Made by a program: the position numbers and the translations under genes. 64,000 bases of DNA from Macrostomum hystrix. Taxonomy: Eukaryota; Animalia; Platyhelminthes. Below the pieces are notes generated by a model. That model worked only from the letters and a program-made list of their open reading frames with translations, was not told the DNA's origin and searched no databases. Location: positions 4,526,001 to 4,590,000 of the forward strand of contig CATNEN010000033.1 in the NCBI GenBank assembly GCA_950097015.1, given 5' to 3'. Below, piece by piece: positions 60,357-64,000 of the stretch. Each line of letters opens with the position of its first letter. Within the stretch, counting starts at the first letter, position 1.

Positions 60357-60938
60357 TCATTCATAGTCGTACCGCGAAACCCTCAGATGCCGCATGTAGT
60401 TGCGGCAGCAGGTGCCAAGAAGAGAAGGAAAAATGGCCGGCCAAGCAAAAGCCAGCAGCATCAGCATCAAAGAGCAGCAGCCGATGAGCCACAGGGTGAA
60501 CCACGGCTCCGTCACCGGGCTCTGCCGAAGCACCACAGGGCTGATCAAGCCAAATATGAACAGGCCGAGCGACAAGGCCGCTCCGTGGCACAGGAGCAGC
60601 ACAGTCAGGTGCGACTGGCGACTCGGAATTGATCGGCGCCCTGCGCGACTGGTCGCTGCTTCGTCCTCGGTCGCATCTACCCGCTGCTTGAATTGCCTTC
60701 CTGAATTTTTCTGCATATGTGGCTGCTTGAGCTTTTCAGTGCTCTTCAAGGCGTCAACAAGACTGCCGTGCTGCCGGCTGATGCCCAACAGGTCATTAAT
60801 GGTCACTTCCTTGCTAGAAATGAATTTCAAAATAAGACTGGTCACGTAGGAATCGACGGAGGAGGTGGTACCTTCCTCGAGGTCAAGGAGCTCTCGCTGC
60901 TGCTGTTGCAGCATTTCGTCCCGGATTTTGTGCATCAT
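60357..60938 (-). CDS. Uncharacterised protein (or terminal exon) with two C-terminal TM helices, 193 aa
   Basis: Non-repetitive ORF with hydrophobic segments LTVLLLCHGAALSLGLFIFGLISPV and WFTLWLIGCCSLMLMLLAFAWPAIF. Confidence 0.5.
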   Translation of the reverse strand: MMHKIRDEMLQQQQRELLDLEEGTTSSVDSYVTSLILKFISSKEVTINDLLGISRQHGSLVDALKSTEKLKQPHMQKNSGRQFKQRVDATEDEAATSRAGRRSIPSRQSHLTVLLLCHGAALSLGLFIFGLISPVVLRQSPVTEPWFTLWLIGCCSLMLMLLAFAWPAIFPSLLGTCCRNYMRHLRVSRYDYE

Positions 60939-61113
60939 GGCTTGGGTTATTGAGTCAAACTTTGGTGTGGGATTTTACATAACCGGGTTAACAGTTAAAA
61001 ATCGAAAGCAGGCATATTGGTTCATTGGAAAGTTCATAGCTTTATTGATTAGCGTCATATCAGAATCGCACTTTAAGAAGCGATATTGACCACAGACTAT
61101 GATCTGATCTATA

Positions 61114-61900
61114 CCTTTTAACAATTTTTGGACACAAGTGAAATTAATTTAGTCTTTGGCCAGCTCAGTGCTAGAAAGCTTAAACAATAACAACACAAAC
61201 CAAAATAGACAAAACTTCGTTACTATACTCTACAATTTAATCAACAATTTCTTCCATGGCAATGCAGCGGGGTACGTACCGAAGGCTCTCACGATGCCAG
61301 GCTTCGCAGTGAGTCTGTGTGACAGCTGCCATACTGGCCTCCAGTTCATGCTCAAGAATGCTCTCATCTCAAGAATGTTCTGGAGTGATGCCAAGTGCGT
61401 TGGCAGCGTTCCTGCCGCCCACCTGACGCTGCAACTCCACTTGATTTAGTGACTGCTTTAGAGATGCTTTCACTGAGGAGATGGCACGCTCCGTCATATT
61501 CAGAAACGGAGAATAATGTGGTAAAGGCTTGATCTCTTGCTCTGACTCCATGGCTGGTGGATTCCCGGTGGGCACGAGCATTGTCAAAAAGAAGACAGAA
61601 TGGCTCACCAACCAATGCATATAGATTTTAGAGAATGTAACTCTACGAATGCATACATATGCCGCTATGATGACTAAATAAAATTCACTTTGGCTAAACT
61701 CAAGTCATGGAAGAGTTTAAATACGCGGCACTCGACAAAATCGATTTCATTTCTTTACTAAAGTCTTCGGTCCCACAGATCCTATATACACGTGTATATC
61801 CTCGTGTATATAGGATCTGTGACTAAATCGAACTCACTTTTCTAGGACTGAGCTGGCCAAAGACTAAATAAACTTAACTTATGTCCAAAAATGTTAAAGG
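61114..61900 (-). mobile_element. Internally deleted Tc1/mariner (IS630-Tc1) element with ~65-bp TIRs and TA target site
   Basis: TA|CCTTTTAAC...TTTGGCCAGCTCAGTGCTAGAAA at left is mirrored by TTTCTAGGACTGAGCTGGCCAAAG...GTTAAAGG|TA at right. Internal frameshifted transposase C-terminus FDNARAH...LPHYSPFLNMTE...YVPRC (61236-61620). Confidence 0.88.
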
Positions 61901-61948
61901 TATTTTACTGTATTAAGTCTCGATCGTGTTGCGTCGAACGCTTGTATA

Positions 61949-62798
61949 CTGTCTAACAAAAGTTCTTGTACAGTTGCTTCTGTTGCTTCTAGTATCCATA
62001 ATTTCCATCCGATTCAAATGAAAATTAGTGCAAATGAAAGCTGGGAATCTCTGCAACATTTTCTGTTTCACCGTAGTTTTTTATTCTGGAGTGGCTCGGA
62101 ACAGCTTGCCGTTTAGCACAGACAGGTCGAATAAAAAAAGTGACAGAAAGCAAGCAGTCTATGGCCAACTTTCTTCACGCGCTGACAAACTCCACAGAGT
62201 GTCTAGGAAGCCTTCTGTCGATCGATCGCTCTGTGTGTGGGGTTTGCAAATTTGGTCGCATAGTGCTGAACAGTAGATTTTGGCACGACGAGATGGTTTG
62301 CAATCCGACCAGCGACTAGCCTGCGTCCTCTCGAAGCGAAACGATTCTCCAACGAATTTCTTGGCTCACAACAGGCATGTCTCTCAGAAAGGGCAAGTTA
62401 AGTCATGGAACTTTGCGAGGAAGCACAGGGTTATACAGTGTGCGACAGTTTAGGCCATAGACATGTCGCCTGGGGTGAAGAAGTAAAGCAAACCCCACAC
62501 ACAGAGCGATCGATCGACAGAAGGCTTCCTAGACACTCTGTGGAGTTTGTCAGCGCGTGAAGAAAGTTGGCCCTGCATAGACTGCTTGCTCTATGTCATT
62601 CTGTCACTTTTTTTATTTGACCTGTCTGTGCTAAACGGCAAGCTGTTCCGAGCCACTCCAGAATAAAAAACTACGGTGAAACAGAAAATGTTGCAGAGAT
62701 TCCCAGCTTTCATTTGCACTAATTTTCATTTGAAACGGATGGAAATTATGGATACTAGAAGCAACAGAAGCAACCGTACAAGAACTTTTGTTACACAG
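61949..62798. mobile_element. MITE/foldback element with ~300-bp terminal inverted repeats and TA flanks
   Basis: 61949-62247 is a near-perfect reverse complement of 62488-62798; ~240-bp non-coding spacer; TA at 61947-61948 and 62799-62800. Confidence 0.92.
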
Positions 62799-63276
62799 TA
62801 TACCTCGTAAATATCCAGAACATTTTATATGATGAAACCAAGTATAATACAAAATTATTTGGGTGTTAATCAAGTCCAATACTCATGTGTATGACAATTA
62901 TGCATTGAAAATGGTTGCAATGATGATGTGAGGCAGCGTAGCTATTATATATTTAATTTCACAGTTCGATTTGTGTCAAACAACAGATCAGAGAAAGTTT
63001 AGATAATAGAAGTCAGACTTACCTAAAAGATGAATGCAAAGCAATACTAAGTAAGCATGCAGTGTTCCTTGATGAACTTATCAGTATCATTTATGCATGA
63101 TAAGATACTACTGAAGGAGAGTTTTAAAAACTCAAGAAAAATTTCACAGATATGCAATTTTTTGACCAAATTCAGCATTTCGTACTGTCAGTAATATGCA
63201 AAATGGCGACTTAAGGCTCATCTAATTTATCAGAAAACGTATTTAAATGATCATCTGTAATTTCTGTGTCAGACGC

Positions 63277-64000
63277 TCACGCCTGCAGCATCATCCGCAT
63301 GGCGCGCAGAGTTTTGTAGCTCCCAATGCAAATCGTAGCCATGTACTTGGAGTTGGTAGCACCAGCAGTAAGGACAGGAGGGTACTGACCATTCGGGTTG
63401 GAGTTCATGCAGCTGCTCCACCAGTATCCGCCACTTCCATATGATGAGCTGCAGCTCGTAGAGGAAGCGTCATTGTCCTTGTCAATAGTTGAGAACGGCC
63501 GTCCTCGAGCCGACGACAAAAAATCACAGTTGATGGTAGAGTTTGCAACTACCAGACTGCCGACGCTCAGAGCGTAGTTTCCAGTGGAAGCACCGACAGA
63601 GAGTCCCGGATACTCGAAGACAAAGAACTCGCCTTCGGCCGTCACAATTTCGATTCTGGAGTTGGCTGAGCTGGTCGCCGTAAAATCGCGTATCCTTTCC
63701 AAGCCTAGGAATGTGATTATTCAATGGAATCGATTGATAGGGTTGTATCAGTTCTTTCAAAGGAATTTTTTTACTTGACTCACCGATCCAGAACTCATTC
63801 GCATTGCCAAACCCACTGACATACTCATTCCAGGTCCTGTTGAAGGCAATCTGACCTGTCTGCCTTTGCTGGAACACCCAAAAAGTCCTGCCTTCAATCT
63901 GCTGCTGGTATCCTGGACCCACAACTGGCATAAGCATCGGGTTGCTTGACGTCGTGATAACTTGGATTGAAGTGCTCCGGCTTGTTGTTGCAGTTGTCGT
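63277..64000 (-). CDS. Fibrinogen-related domain (FReD) protein, 5'-truncated by the window edge. Exons >64000-63784 and 63704-63277
   Basis: Thr-rich stalk, VFQQRQTG..FNRTWNEYVSGFGNANEFWIG|LERI, RPFSTIDKDND, C...GGYWWSSC..SNPNGQY; canonical 79-bp phase-1 intron. Confidence 0.92.

Overview
Eukaryotic (metazoan) genomic DNA with GC-rich exons, short GT-AG introns and about 17 kb (about 27%) of tandem minisatellite. This architecture suggests a Macrostomum-like flatworm, which is inference only. No rRNA, CRISPR or prokaryotic features were seen. Genes I could assemble by hand with phase-consistent splice sites: an IRAG/LRMP (MRVI1/Jaw1)-family tail-anchored protein (+, 1.1-4.5 kb), a small possible ciliary protein, a 1108-aa low-complexity ORF, an orphan 178-aa two-exon gene beside a Crypton-like recombinase relic, two fibrinogen-related (FReD) genes, a 5-exon torsin, an atypical AGC kinase, a 644-aa secreted protein with four exon-encoded copies of an unrecognised ~50-aa module plus two Kunitz domains, a MARCH-type RING-CH ligase and a 2-TM ORF. 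A candidate micro-exon gene threads through the minisatellite zone (32-41 kb) with a secreted-peptide ORF nested antisense in one intron. Mobile DNA includes tRNA-derived SINE copies, two LINE 3' fragments, a deleted Tc1/mariner element and a long-TIR MITE. Most very long ORFs in the track (28-45 kb) are minisatellite artefacts. The best novelty candidate is the Kunitz protein with the 4x HVT-YW-P(A/S)WL-(D/E)N module.
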